Shown here: positions 11,901 to 21,843 of the stretch, in pieces
Numbering within the stretch: the stretch's first letter is position 1
How the letters are laid out: every line of letters begins with the position of its first letter
Origin: Macrostomum lignano
Lineage: Eukaryota
NCBI GenBank assembly: GCA_002269645.1
Contig: NIVC01002492.1
Coordinates: 104,819-168,818, forward strand
Direction: 5' to 3'
DNA: 64,000 nucleotides
The notes under the pieces: model-generated
What the model was told of the DNA's origin: nothing
The model's database searches: none
Seen by the model: the letters and a program-made list of their open reading frames with translations, nothing else
Position numbers and translations under genes: made by a program

Positions 11901-12925
11901 CTTCCATAGGGATAGACCCGATCACTGGCTGCTTGGAGCCTGGCCTTCTGTGGCATCCTTTCGAAGGCCTCCCTGTCGATGATATTGCAGGCCGCTCCAC
12001 TGTCGATAAGCAGGGTTGTCTTGAATCCGTTGACAGTTGCTTGAGTCGATGCTGATCCGCTATTTCGGAGGCTGAAAAGCTCGTGCTCAGTGGAGTTGTC
12101 CTGCAGATATTCGACTTGCCCGTAGGAGCGATCGTCCGGTTCGTTGACAGCTCTCACGGGTATTCTGGACGTTCCCCGACATGCCCGGGCGAAATGGCCA
12201 ATCTTACCGCAGCGTCGACATGCCTTGTCTCTAGCAGCCTCGCACGTTCGATGACCCGGCCGTCCGCAGCGCTCGCAGCTGATGCCACCGTCCTTCATTG
12301 CAGGATCCCTTCTGAATGGCTGCGACGGTCGTGCTCGGGGTGGGCCTAGCGCTGCCTCGTTCGCGGTCGTCATGGCGCCGGTAACACCTGAGCTGTTTTG
12401 TTCCATGGCCTGTGCCTGTTGCGCCGCAGCTTCCCTTGCTCGGATTCGCTTCAGTACGTCAGCTAGAGAGATATATTGTTCAGCTGCAGGAGCTCCCTTC
12501 TGATCTTCTCCGATCGGTAGTGGGCGACCACCTTGTCCCTGATGAGAGAGTCCCGTAGTTCTCCGAATTCGCATTGATCCGCGGCCTTGCGCAGCCGATG
12601 GTACCACGCATCGATAGACTCCCCTCCTCCTGTCTGCAGGTCTCGAACTGGTACCGGAAGAAGACGACGCTGTTTTTCTGGTCGAAGATCTCTTGTAGCT
12701 TTTGGATGAGCTCGTTTGTAGATTGTTGTCTTCCATAAAGTCTTCCAACTTCTCTCCCGCTGTGTAGACCAGCAACTCCAGCTGTTGTGTCGCATCTGTG
12801 ATGCCAGCAGCGCGAATGTAGCTATTGAACCTCCGTGCCCAAGTCTTCCATCTCTGGGCTCGTGTGAGTGGATCGCTATCGATATCAAATGCATCTGGTG
12901 CAGTGAGTTGCAAAGCTTGGGCCAT
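8909..12925 (-). CDS. Gypsy gag-pol polyprotein (gag carries two compensating frameshifts)
   Basis: CCHC knuckle CRRCGKIGHFARAC, protease LIDSGA, RT ELDVAKAF...IHDDII, RNase H VDAG...TEKEALAV, integrase HRGH..C/DLLGP/DNGPPF/E; likely start MAQALQL; the gag core ESIDAWYHRLRKAADQCEFG is in the alternative frame (ORF 12463-12894). Confidence 0.9.
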   Translation of the reverse strand: MAQALQLTAPDAFDIDSDPLTRAQRWKTWARRFNSYIRAAGITDATQQLELLVYTAGEKLEDFMEDNNLQTSSSKSYKRSSTRKTASSSSGTSSRPADRRRGVYRCVVPSAAQGRGSMRIRRTTGLSHQGQGGRPLPIGEDQKGAPAAEQYISLADVLKRIRAREAAAQQAQAMEQNSSGVTGAMTTANEAALGPPRARPSQPFRRDPAMKDGGISCERCGRPGHRTCEAARDKACRRCGKIGHFARACRGTSRIPVRAVNEPDDRSYGQVEYLQDNSTEHELFSLRNSGSASTQATVNGFKTTLLIDSGAACNIIDREAFERMPQKARLQAASDRVYPYGSQQPLKLLGKTDLQVSVFGCQETLPFLVLDGKGACIIGRRSAEDLGVLRVGPEDKAACELRSECPTDRLLAGVPKDLRQSPGAPSLDEILKENAQAFDGIGCLKNYAARIFLEEGARPVCHPPSRVPIHLAPAVDAELQYLEEQGIIEPVEGPCPWVSRIVVVPKEAPGEIRITQDLRELNKSVVRERHPIPTFEEVTGDMAGATLFSELDVAKAFYQIPVSEECRHLLTFSTPRGLRRLTRLCMGLSTAQEILQAVMSSVLAGLSKVKWIHDDIIVYGHSVAEHHNNLRECLQRLAQHGLTLNPAKCKLARTQVTFMGMRLSKDGVRPTESKLEAVNAFAEPTNVTEVRSFLGLVNYLAAFTPRLADLAKPLRNLTRKGQPWAWADLERQAFSDIKSQIASSGSLAFFNHRLPTQLIVDAGPAGLGAILSQTQSDGTRRPIAYASRTLSDVEQRYSQTEKEALAVKFGCLKFQFYLHGAPMFTVQTDHKPLVALFGSSSRPPPRIERMALRIQHMKFTVEYQPGPLNPADVLSRQPLPTPAPNVGEELDALSIAAVVQAAVPNALSLTSVQKSSQKDATIQAAIRALETGRWSLESAELRSLHALRHELSAVDGVLLRGQRIIVQVALRRLVLDLAHRGHQCTRKTLDRLNTKVWWPRMQLETERFIATCRACLATSHAADVTASPLKPTPIPKAAWLTLGADLLGPIQGSMLLVCVDQYSRFPEVEVVQTTTAEALIPRLRSSFVRFGIPQTLVTDNGPPFSSAQFKSFLDSYGIRQRLIIPLHPQANGATERLNRSINKVVRAAIAQKRDWRAALDEWLLAYRCTPQRTTGRAPAELLMGRVLNDSIPSVRPSRQVAIADRQLRQRDALRKAQGKLYTDRKRLARPHKLKVGDTVLRRRLNPLKGDTPFEWDPWLIEEIKADSATIRQGARVCRRHCTDLKRVAPESEPDNPGELPAMPQPEVNAHPPQPAAGERAASPIALRPHPQAAKVNVN

Positions 12926-12992
12926 GTTTGTGTGGCTGGAACCGCGCTGGGTTAGAGAGTGATGATCAGTCAATAGTTTGCTTGCGACGCCA

Positions 12993-13166
12993 TGTAGTGA
13001 CTCATATAAATATTGCAGGGCAAGTCGGCCCATTTCTAAGATTCTTCGTGCACTCGCAAACCCTCCGATTTTGTCTATGCGAAGAGTAAGTGCGTGTGAG
13101 TCTTACGTAATACATTGCAACACGTGACTAATAACAATATTGTACATCGCACTGAACTACACTACA
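12993..13166 (-). repeat. Gypsy 5' LTR (174 bp) with internal 71-bp inversion
   Basis: Same termini as 8566-8753, followed by the PBS on the minus strand. Confidence 0.9.
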
Positions 13167-13479
13167 GTTGGCAGGTAAGTGCAAAGCCCCTTCTAGTCGG
13201 AAGCCCGATTTCGAGAGTCCCGGTGTGGTGAGCCAGGACGTACGGGCTGGTGGCAGCGAGTTAAGCTAATCTGCGGATTAACTAATTTCTACCTTCAAAA
13301 TTCTCCCTGCTTGTCTCTCGCTGTCCCTCTCTTAGCTATAGGACCTAGACTGCTCGCCACACGATCAAGCCATGGGGCTGACCATCTGACAGGAGGGCCA
13401 GGACTCTAATTTATTTATTTCTGAGACCTGAGGCCCGAAGGCTTCCCCACAAGGGGGCCGAAAGGTCGAAACCCATCAG

Positions 13480-14689
13480 AGAAATGAAGGCCAATACCAA
13501 CATATAAATAAATTATTATTATAGCCAACGCGTTTCGACACAAGCGATCATCTTCAGGACTTGCACTCATGATTCACGATTCCGTATATTTAAATAAATA
13601 AAGAAAATCAAAAACTGTATAAGGCAATAGACGATTGGGTTCAGTCCAGTCGATAATTGTACATTAAGAGACGAAAATAAATTAAATTATTAGGCCATCA
13701 AAAAAAAAATAAAAAAGCACAGAGCAAACAATATTGGCGAGGAGAGAGCCGCAAACCCACACCAAGCCTAGGAAACTTTGAGTTGTAAACTGGCTCCTCC
13801 ACCTGCAAGCTGAGTATTCAAACTAGGTCTATGATGCTTAATGTGCAAGGCTTCCAGCACTCTGAGTTTGCCATCAAATCTACATCTATCCAAAACAGTG
13901 AAAAGCTCAGTCGGCTCATGCTCACAACAAGCATTGCAACTAAGCATAAGTGATCATGCACAGCAGAGTTATTCATTCTATGCTCCCTAGCCCTAGTATA
14001 CAGGTGCCTTTTGGTTTTTCCTATGTAGGAAATGCTCTGATCACCAGAGCAACAAAATTCATAAATGACACCAGCAGACAGAGCTCTAGGGGCCTTCGAC
14101 TTCAACCTGCTAACAAACTGGCCGATTTTGGCGGTCTGAAACACAACCATGACCCGAGAGTTGAAATACTTCAAGAAGGTTCTTTTAAGCTTCTTTTCCA
14201 GACTCAGGGACGGGACACCAAGGAATGGGAGTTTGATCGGCACATCACTGGAATTTGACCTCTTAGCTTCGACAGTCAAACTAGACTCAGTCATTTTCTT
14301 AGTCAGAAATCTGTTCAGCACTTTACCAATAAAATCCCTAGGGAAACCATTACGTTGAAAAATGTCAGTGAGCTTGACCACTTCTTGGTGGAAAGACTGC
14401 CAGGTGCTACAGATACTGAACGCTCTGTGCATCATGCAACAAGCAAGACCAGCCTTCCATTGGCGCGGGCACAACGCATTAAAGTTGAGCATGAGACCAG
14501 TAAACGTGGGTTTGCGGTACACCTTAGTGCTAACACTGTCCAGACTCAACTCAACCTCAATGTCAAGAAAGGGCAACTTCTTATCACTCCCTTCCACGGT
14601 GAACCGAGTCATCACTATCAAGAATGGCAACTCCGTAACCCTTGTCATAGCCAACAACCTTAATCTCTTTATTAGCCCTCAATTGTTTC
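13480..14689 (-). mobile_element. Inverted, internally deleted copy of the adjacent Penelope-like element
   Basis: 13480-14607 = reverse complement of 16020-17147; 14608-14689 = reverse complement of about 15157-15238. Confidence 0.92.
13523..13561 (-). ncRNA. PLE hammerhead ribozyme motif (inverted copy)
   Basis: Reverse complement of 17066-17104. Confidence 0.7.
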
Positions 14690-15163
14690 AAAGTTGAAAC
14701 AAAGTTAAAGAATGAACTTCGATCGAAGATCGGCACCATAACTTACACCGCCCTGACCCATTCGGTCACGAAACTATCTCGGGAGCAGGCAACTCGTGAC
14801 AAGGAACGACTCGAGGCCAAGCTCAACACTCTGTGGCTGAAAAAACAGGCGAGATGTCAGGTACCGACTGCCATTACGAACCTATAACGACATCAACTGT
14901 CTCCAAGGGAACGCAATTGTCTGCAGCTTGGGTTTCGACACCCTGTCGCACCGGCCGGAATCAAGAAATTTCACATCATGACTGAGATTGAGAGTGCTGT
15001 GAGTAAATGTCTGAGATCTTCTGAAACCGTGAGCTGTGAAATGCGCCACCTGCAAGATAGCTGTAGGAATAAACTTGTCGCTGACTCTGATCAATTCTTT
15101 GCACAGACTCACACTATTGTAAATAGCAAGAAGAACAGGTTGATTCATGAAACTTAGAAATAA

Positions 15164-16809
15164 TTGAGGGCTAATAAAGAGATTAAGGTTGTTGGCTATC
15201 ACAAGGGTTACGGAGTTGCCATTCTTGATAGTGATGACTACCATAGAAAGTTAAATGACATCGTTAGTGATCAATCCAAGTTTCGTTGCTTAGATCCTAA
15301 CGACGAGGTGACGATGATGCACCCTGTGCTAAAGGCTGAACACAGTATCCAAAACTACATCAGAACTCAGGTGAAGAGATATGTGAACGATGAAACGTAT
15401 AAACGTATATTGCCCAGTGGTAGCCATCCTGGCCAGTTGTATGGCCTGTGCAAAGTCCACAAAGAGGACAAGCCCCTGCGTCCCATCCTGTCTATGATTA
15501 ATACTGCTGAGTATGAGTTGGCCAGGTTTTTAGACTCATCTATCATCAAGCCAAAAATTCCCCAAAAGTTTAGTGTCAATTCTAACCATCAGTTCATTGA
15601 AGCTCTTAAATCTGTGAGGCCGGACGGTAATGACAGTGTGTTCAGCTTTGATGTCATTTCGTTATATTCATGAATATTCCTCTCAAGCTTGCTTTAGATC
15701 TTGCCACTGACCTTGTCTTTGCTGAGTCTCCTCCTGAAATGCCTAAAGCGGTGTTTAGGAAGCTGCTGACTTTAGCTACTTCGGGTATCTTTCTCTTTCA
15801 AGACAAATACTATCGCCAAGTTGACGGGTGTGCTATGGGTAGCCCGCTTGCTCCCACGCTGGCTAACATCTGCATGGCTCACTGGGAGAAGCAGTGGATG
15901 TTTCTTCCCTGTGCTCCGACCTTCTATAGGAGGTATGTTGATGATACCTTTGCAATCTTCGATGAGGCTAGTAAGCAAATTCAATTTCTCCAAGCGCTTA
16001 ACTCTACTCACCCAAACATTCGGTTCACCGTGGAAGGGGGTGATAAGAAGTTGCCCTTTCTTGACATTGAGGTTGAGTTGAGTCTGGACAGTGTTAGCAC
16101 TAAGGTGTACCGCAAACCCACGTTTACTGGTCTCATGCTCAACTTTAATGCGTTGTGCCCGCGCCAATGGAAGGCTGGTCTTGTTTGTTGCATGATGCAC
16201 AGAGCGTTCAGTATCTGTAGCACCTGGCAATCTTTCCACCAAGAAGTGGTCAAGCTCACTGACATTTTTCAACGTAATGGTTTCCCTAGGGATTTTGTTG
16301 GTAAAGTGCTGAACAGATTTCTGACTAAGAAAATGACTGAGTCTAGTTTGACTGTCGAAGCTAAGAGGTCAAATTCCAGTGATGTGCCGATCAAACTCCC
16401 ATTCCTTGGTGTCCCGTCCCTGAGTCTGGAAAAGAAGCTTAAAAGAACCTTCTTGAAGTATTTCAACTCTCGGGTCATGGTTGTGTTTCAGACCGCCAAA
16501 ATCGGCCAGTTTGTTAGCAGGTTGAAGTCGAAGGCCCCTAGAGCTCTGTCTGCTGGTGTCATTTATGAATTTTGTTGCTCTGGTGATCAGAGCATTTCCT
16601 ACATAGGAAAAACCAAAAGGCACCTGTATACTAGGGCTAGGGAGCATAGAATGAATAACTCTGCTGTGCATGATCACTTATGCTTAGTTGCAATGCTTGT
16701 TGTGAGCATGAGCCGACTGAGCTTTTCACTGTTTTGGATAGATGTAGATTTGATGGCAAACTCAGAGTGCTGGAAGCCTTGCACATTAAGCATCATAGAC
16801 CTAGTTTGA
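15164..16809 (+). pseudogene. PLE reverse transcriptase / GIY-YIG ORF, frameshifted
   Basis: FDVISLY, GCAMGSPLAP, YRRYVDDTF, LPFLD, YIGKTKRHLYTRAREH; frameshifts at about 15670 and 16680 (the C-terminal LEALHIKHHRPSLNTQ is in another frame). Confidence 0.9.
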
Positions 16810-17065
16810 ATACTCAGCTTGCAGGTGGAGGAGCCAGTTTACAACTCAAAGTTTCCTAGGCTTGGTGTGGGTTTGCGGCTCTCTCCTCGCCAATATTGTT
16901 TGCTCTGTGCTTTTTTATTTTTTTTTTGATGGCCTAATAATTTAATTTATTTTCGTCTCTTAATGTACAATTATCGACTGGACTGAACCCAATCGTCTAT
17001 TGCCTTATACAGTTTTTGATTTTCTTTATTTATTTAAATATACGGAATCGTGAATCATGAGTGCA

Positions 17066-17104
17066 AGTCCTGAAGATGATCGCTTGTGTCGAAACGCGTT
17101 GGCT
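17066..17104 (+). ncRNA. Type I minimal hammerhead ribozyme in the PLE 3' end
   Basis: AGTC-CTGAAGA-tgatcgcttgtgtc-GAAA-CGCGTT-GGCT: core motifs, stem I AGTC/GGCT, palindromic ACGCGT stem III, GUU site; stem II weak. Confidence 0.7.
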
Positions 17105-18120
17105 ATAATAATAATTTATTTATATGTTGGTATTGGCCTTCATTTCTATACATGTATTTATAGCAGATATTCCACCCAACTGGGACTTGAAGCACAAAAA
17201 ATTTACAGTTTTTTGCTGATCGTGTTAGTGAACTGTGTCAAAAATATGCAAATACGTGCTCGTATTGTCAAATACCCAATAGCTCTGCAATGGCCGCTTT
17301 AGTCAGCCAGGATTTAGAATTTACTGCAGATGCAATCACTAAATCAATATTTCTATGCACGGCACACGTGCTAAATGATTTTATAGAAGTAGTGAACCAG
17401 AAATCTGTATTTATGTAGGTTAAATAAAAAATGTAATGCATTCGCTGTATCTCAAGTAGCTCCTAAGCTCGTACGAGTATGCCGCAAGCTGAGTAGGCAA
17501 AGCTCTGTTCACGACAGGGAAACTGTTTTGAGTAGAGGCTAGCTCTTTCGCAGCTCGTAGGCCAAAGCCTTCTATAATCATGAATACGTTTTCCGGCCTC
17601 GTGCCTTGCTTTTTGTTTATTGTATCTTCACGAAGTAATACACATCTACCTTACGAGCTAATTAGATGGAGAAGAGCAATATTTGCGCTGCAGAAAAACA
17701 CTATGATATTACAGCCTCTGTATAAAGTGTAGCCATAACACAAAGAAGTATATTTATATAATTCCTTTGCACAATCGTAAGTTTATTATGCATAACTACT
17801 TGCAGCTAAGAACATTGCAGAAATTTAAACTTGAGTGGCACCTTTCAAAATGCGGGTGCTAAAATCGCTGGTAAAATAAACAGGATACGATACACTGTTA
17901 GTTAGTTGATTATCGTTAGTAATTTAGCAGGAGGGCACTGCCGTAATCAAGGCGACAGACGGATACGTACGCAGGCACCTGCTCCCACAAGGTGTACTGC
18001 GGTTAAGACTTTCGCATCGTCGTCAGACATGCATTAAAACCTCGGTAACTACATGTAGCCACCGAGGTACATAACTACATGTATTTAAAGACTTAGCAAA
18101 TGCACGCTGTTTGCAGCCTA

Positions 18121-18410
18121 GGGGGTTGCAGCCTAGTGGTTAGTCCGTCGGACTCATGACTGAAAGGTCGAGGGTTCGATTCTCGACTCACTCGGAGCAA
18201 TTTGTGTCCTTAAGCAAGACACTTACTCTGCATTGCTTCAGTTCACTCAGCTGTAAAATGGGTGCCAGTATTAGCTGGGGTAACTGAGGGTGTGTGTGGC
18301 GACCCCCAGTCCTATGGACTGAACAGCCTTACGCAGCCTTCAGATGCGCAGCGCGATAGCTGCAGCTGAGCTGCCGGTTGCACATCTGCCTATTAGGACA
18401 GGTTTAATTA
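18121..18410 (+). mobile_element. tRNA-derived SINE with CORE-like body
   Basis: A-box-like AGCCTAGTGG, B-box GGTTCGATTC, GTGTCCTTAAGCAAGACACTTA and CTGTAAAATGGG (CORE-like), AT-rich tail; 3' end approximate. Confidence 0.75.
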
Positions 18411-18636
18411 TTATTACACCTAAATATTATTGTACTGTACATATTATATTGTATTGTAATTATTGTACATAATTATTGTTATACACTGTACAACTAGTCG
18501 TCCCAGGCGCTGTTGACCTCATTTCATGACAAGCCCAAGTCAGTTTTATTGTACCAACCCCAAATGAATGTGGCCGAATCGAACCCAGGTAGTACATTGA
18601 TACGAGAGATAGATTCTTCTTTTCTTCTTTTCAACT

Positions 18637-20820
18637 CAGTCATGAGGGCCGTGCTCCCAATGGTGCTTCGTGCGTACAAGCACGGCAGTTGACGGCCCGG
18701 CGGTGCTGACGAAAGCGTACAAGCATATGGTCGAGCTGTGCCACCTACTCATTGCGTTTCTTCTGTCTTGAGCTTCTTGAGCCTGCATGATGAAAGCGGG
18801 TGATGGCCAACACCATTTTCTGTCGCTCCAGGACGTAGCATGACGCTGGCTCTGCGGCCCGATCATTGACTACTCGTTTGCGACCTTCGTCTTCGGTTAC
18901 TGTAGCGAAGAGTTTCGGCCTTGGTGGTCAACACGCAGGAAACCGTTGTGCTCTTCTTTCTGGACGTCAGAATTGTGGCGCTAACGGACAGGCGACGGAA
19001 CTTCCGCAATGGCAGCAGTTTTTCTGCATCTTGTTTTGGTCTGATTCTGCAAAGACCTGCAGCGTCGCTGCGGGTTTTTCCGGGCTGCCTTTTGTTCTAT
19101 GAGGGCAGGCCTGTAGACTCTATCTGAGACGCAGACATGTAAAGGTGCTTATTAAGTTCCCGATGCAGCCTAAAAATTGTGCAAATCAAACAAAACTTAA
19201 TCAGCATTTAGATCTTGATGTTTTACGTCCGCTTGTAAGATTTCAACTCAATCGGCCGCAAAGATGCGCCGCAGTAGTCAAAGTTTGGCCCCATGCTCCC
19301 TGCCACAGCTGACTGTCCGCGACAGGCGAGTGGCGATCCTGGTCCAGTTTCGGCTGGGCAGCTCTGCGGCCGCCTGCCTCCAGACGCTGCGTGAGGCTCT
19401 ACAGGATCAAGCGCCATCCCAGTCGATGGTGTACGAGTTGTTTGCGCGCTTCCCTTGTGGCTCGGCCACTCTTGACGACGATACTCGCGAGGGGCGGCCG
19501 AGTTTGGCCGTCTCCGACGGAGTCGTTGCTGCTGTTCGACGCCACGTGGACGGACAAAGATCGGCGAGTGACGATTCGCTGATTCAACCATATTAAGATC
19601 CTGCACAAGCACATTGGCATGAGAAAGCTGTTCGCTCGCTGGGTTCCCCACCAGCTCAGCACTGACTAGATGCGAGCCCGCGTTGAGTTTGCCGACCTCA
19701 TGGCGGCCGCTCAAAGTTGGTGGATAACATCTTCTTTGGCGACGAAACCTGGGTCTACTTTTACGACCCAGAGACCAAGGAGCAAAGTCAGCGGTGGGTC
19801 ACCAACGAAGAGGATGCTCTCCTTAAATTTCGTCGCGAGTGCAGCGTCGGCAAAGTGATGGCAGCCAAGGTTTTTTCAGTCTTTTTGTCGTTTCAGCAAG
19901 CCACAGTGACGGCAGAATTATACAGCATCGCCTGCTTGTCTCAAGTTCTGCAGGCGCTCGCATAGCAGCGGCCGAAGACGCTTGAGAAAAGCATCTTCCT
20001 CCACCAGGACAACTCTCCCGTGCACCGGGCACGAGTGACCCAGGTGTTTTTTCAGGCGACCCAGCTCGTCCAGCTGCCACATCCTGCATATTCGCTGGAC
20101 CTAGCGCCTGCTGATTTCTTACTCTTTCCCAGAATGAAGAAAAATCTGAAGGCTTCGACTCGAGGGAGTTGGTTGTTGCGCTGCAAGCTGATCTGGTCAG
20201 CTTCACCAAAGCTGATCTTAGGCGTGCTTCAACGCATGGTTCCAGCGCTTGCAAAAGTGCTCCGGTTTGGGTGAAAATTATGTTGAGAAGTTACGACAGT
20301 CGTATAATAGACTTTGGTTGCTGCAGGTAAAATTTCATGCAGATGCGATCATCAGAACTGAACTTTTCCGGGAATTTAATAAGCATCCCTCTCGTTTCTG
20401 ACCGTCAGAGGGCGAAAGTTGTTCCAGGTGGTAGTCGAAGTCGTCCAGCTTTAGAACGCCGAGACCCGAACGATGGCAGACCCACTCGAACAGTAAGTTG
20501 ACACGGCGCACGCTGGCCTTTCAAGATTCGTGACGAGCGAACGACCCCCACCGTATCACTGTATCGCCCCGCCAGTCTTGTCCGTCCAAGCGACAATTTG
20601 CATCGTCGGTGACTCCAGCTGGCAGGCCACATCATCCGCGCCGAATGGTACTGCCCATAGCCGGTGTAGGAGGTGCTCTTACTGATGTTTCAGACACCCT
20701 ACCGGAACCGGGCGCCATGCGCACACTCAAGGTTTCGTCGACTCCCCCCTGCTGGCTGACGCTGACGCCCCGGGATGTGGCCTATGTTCACGCCAAAGCT
20801 CTGAGGCGCGCCCTGTGACA
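18637..20820 (+). mobile_element. Degenerate RTE-type LINE 3' portion, split by a mariner
   Basis: Homologous to 54036-55017 (SVMRAVLPMVLRAY...; DLQRR..; DRQRAKLFQ..; LQLAGHIIRAE); collinear on both sides of the mariner. Confidence 0.75.
19138..20394 (+). mobile_element. Degenerate mariner (DD34D-type) transposon, about 1.26 kb
   Basis: TIRs GGTGCTTATTAAGTTCCCG / CGGGAATTTAATAAGCATCC; HTH VYELFARF..G..LDDDTREGRP, GDETWVYFYDPETKEQS, HQDNSPVH, HPAYSLDLAPADF; many stops and frameshifts; left end approximate. Confidence 0.88.
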
Positions 20821-21843
20821 CGGTTATGATTACGTATACATATATGACGGGGAATTTCGCTGTCTTTTTCCTTGTTGTCTGATGATGAAGCTCTAAACTT
20901 TTCACATATTTGGGAATACGGTTCATCCACCCAAACTGAGCCATGTATGGTTATCCCGCAGTGATAAACAATGCATTGGTTTGGGTGAAACAATAGCCGC
21001 TATGGACAGTAAACTAAATATGGCTTAATGCTGAAAAAAAATTAATTCTAGTGAAGCATCACGGTAACTTTTTATAGATGTGATCATGAACCTGTGCATG
21101 CGGCTCACGATCTTGACTGAGTCCAATTTACTTAAGTTTATTATCGTGACTAACGAGCGTAGATAGCTCGTATAGCTCGTCCGAGAGTGGTAGGGTACCG
21201 TCCCGTGTGCTAACTAGATGGAAGTGGAAATAGCTCGTACTGTTGCGCCAGAATGCTAGAAACGTGCACACGCTATTGCACAAACTGCTATTCAATGTAC
21301 GAGCTATGCTGCAGATTAATTTAAAAATGCAAACTAGGGCAAAACGCTTCTTTGTGGGCAAAATTACGCTCGTATATAGCCAAGTATTTGCAGCGAGGTT
21401 GGCCACCACGGCTCGTGGCAGTGACAATTGCAAGCTGCACACACTTGAGGGTGGATTGGCTAGTTGTAGGGAGCAGCAGTCTACAGGGCGCGAGTAATGC
21501 AAAAATGCATTTCTGGAGCTTTTCAAAGGCCATTGTTTCTGCTAAACTAATACGAGCTACCTATAGCTGCTTTAGGCAGAAAATCTAAGCGTCCAGCAGA
21601 CAATGAACCAAGCGTTTCCAAGCTAATTTTCGGGGGTTAGCTGACCGTGACAAACTGGTTAATAAATTCGTGGTTAAGAGAAGAGAATGAAACGAGCGCA
21701 ATAGCGCTTGAACCCTGCTGCCTTGACCCCCTCTTACTATATTTTCAGCAGCAATACTTAAAGCAACCAAGCAGCTTTCGTCCCCTACATCTCGTGCTCC
21801 TACTTTGTGCTGCAAGAAATCTGTTCGCTTGTTTCTGCAGTTT

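Larger units (their letters stand above)
8566..13166 (-). mobile_element. Full-length Ty3/Gypsy LTR retrotransposon
   Basis: LTRs TGTAG...CTACA at 8566-8753 and 12993-13166; 5-bp TSD GTTGG on both sides; PBS TGGCG next to 12992; PPT GAGGAGAGA next to 8754; gag-pol inside. Confidence 0.95.
14690..17147 (+). mobile_element. 5'-truncated Penelope-like element (RT + GIY-YIG)
   Basis: PLE N-terminal NL..QLSPRE.NCLQLG-like motif, RT, GIY-YIG endonuclease, 3' hammerhead. Confidence 0.92.

Noticed and set aside
8926-12503. Many overlapping antisense ORFs in gag-pol regions
   Set aside because: Expected by-product of GC-rich coding DNA
13005-13033. MGRLALQYL N-terminal extension of Gypsy gag
   Set aside because: The ATG lies within the inverted LTR segment, upstream of the PBS; not the native start
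18121-18195. tRNA gene
   Set aside because: No proper acceptor stem; continues into a CORE-like SINE body
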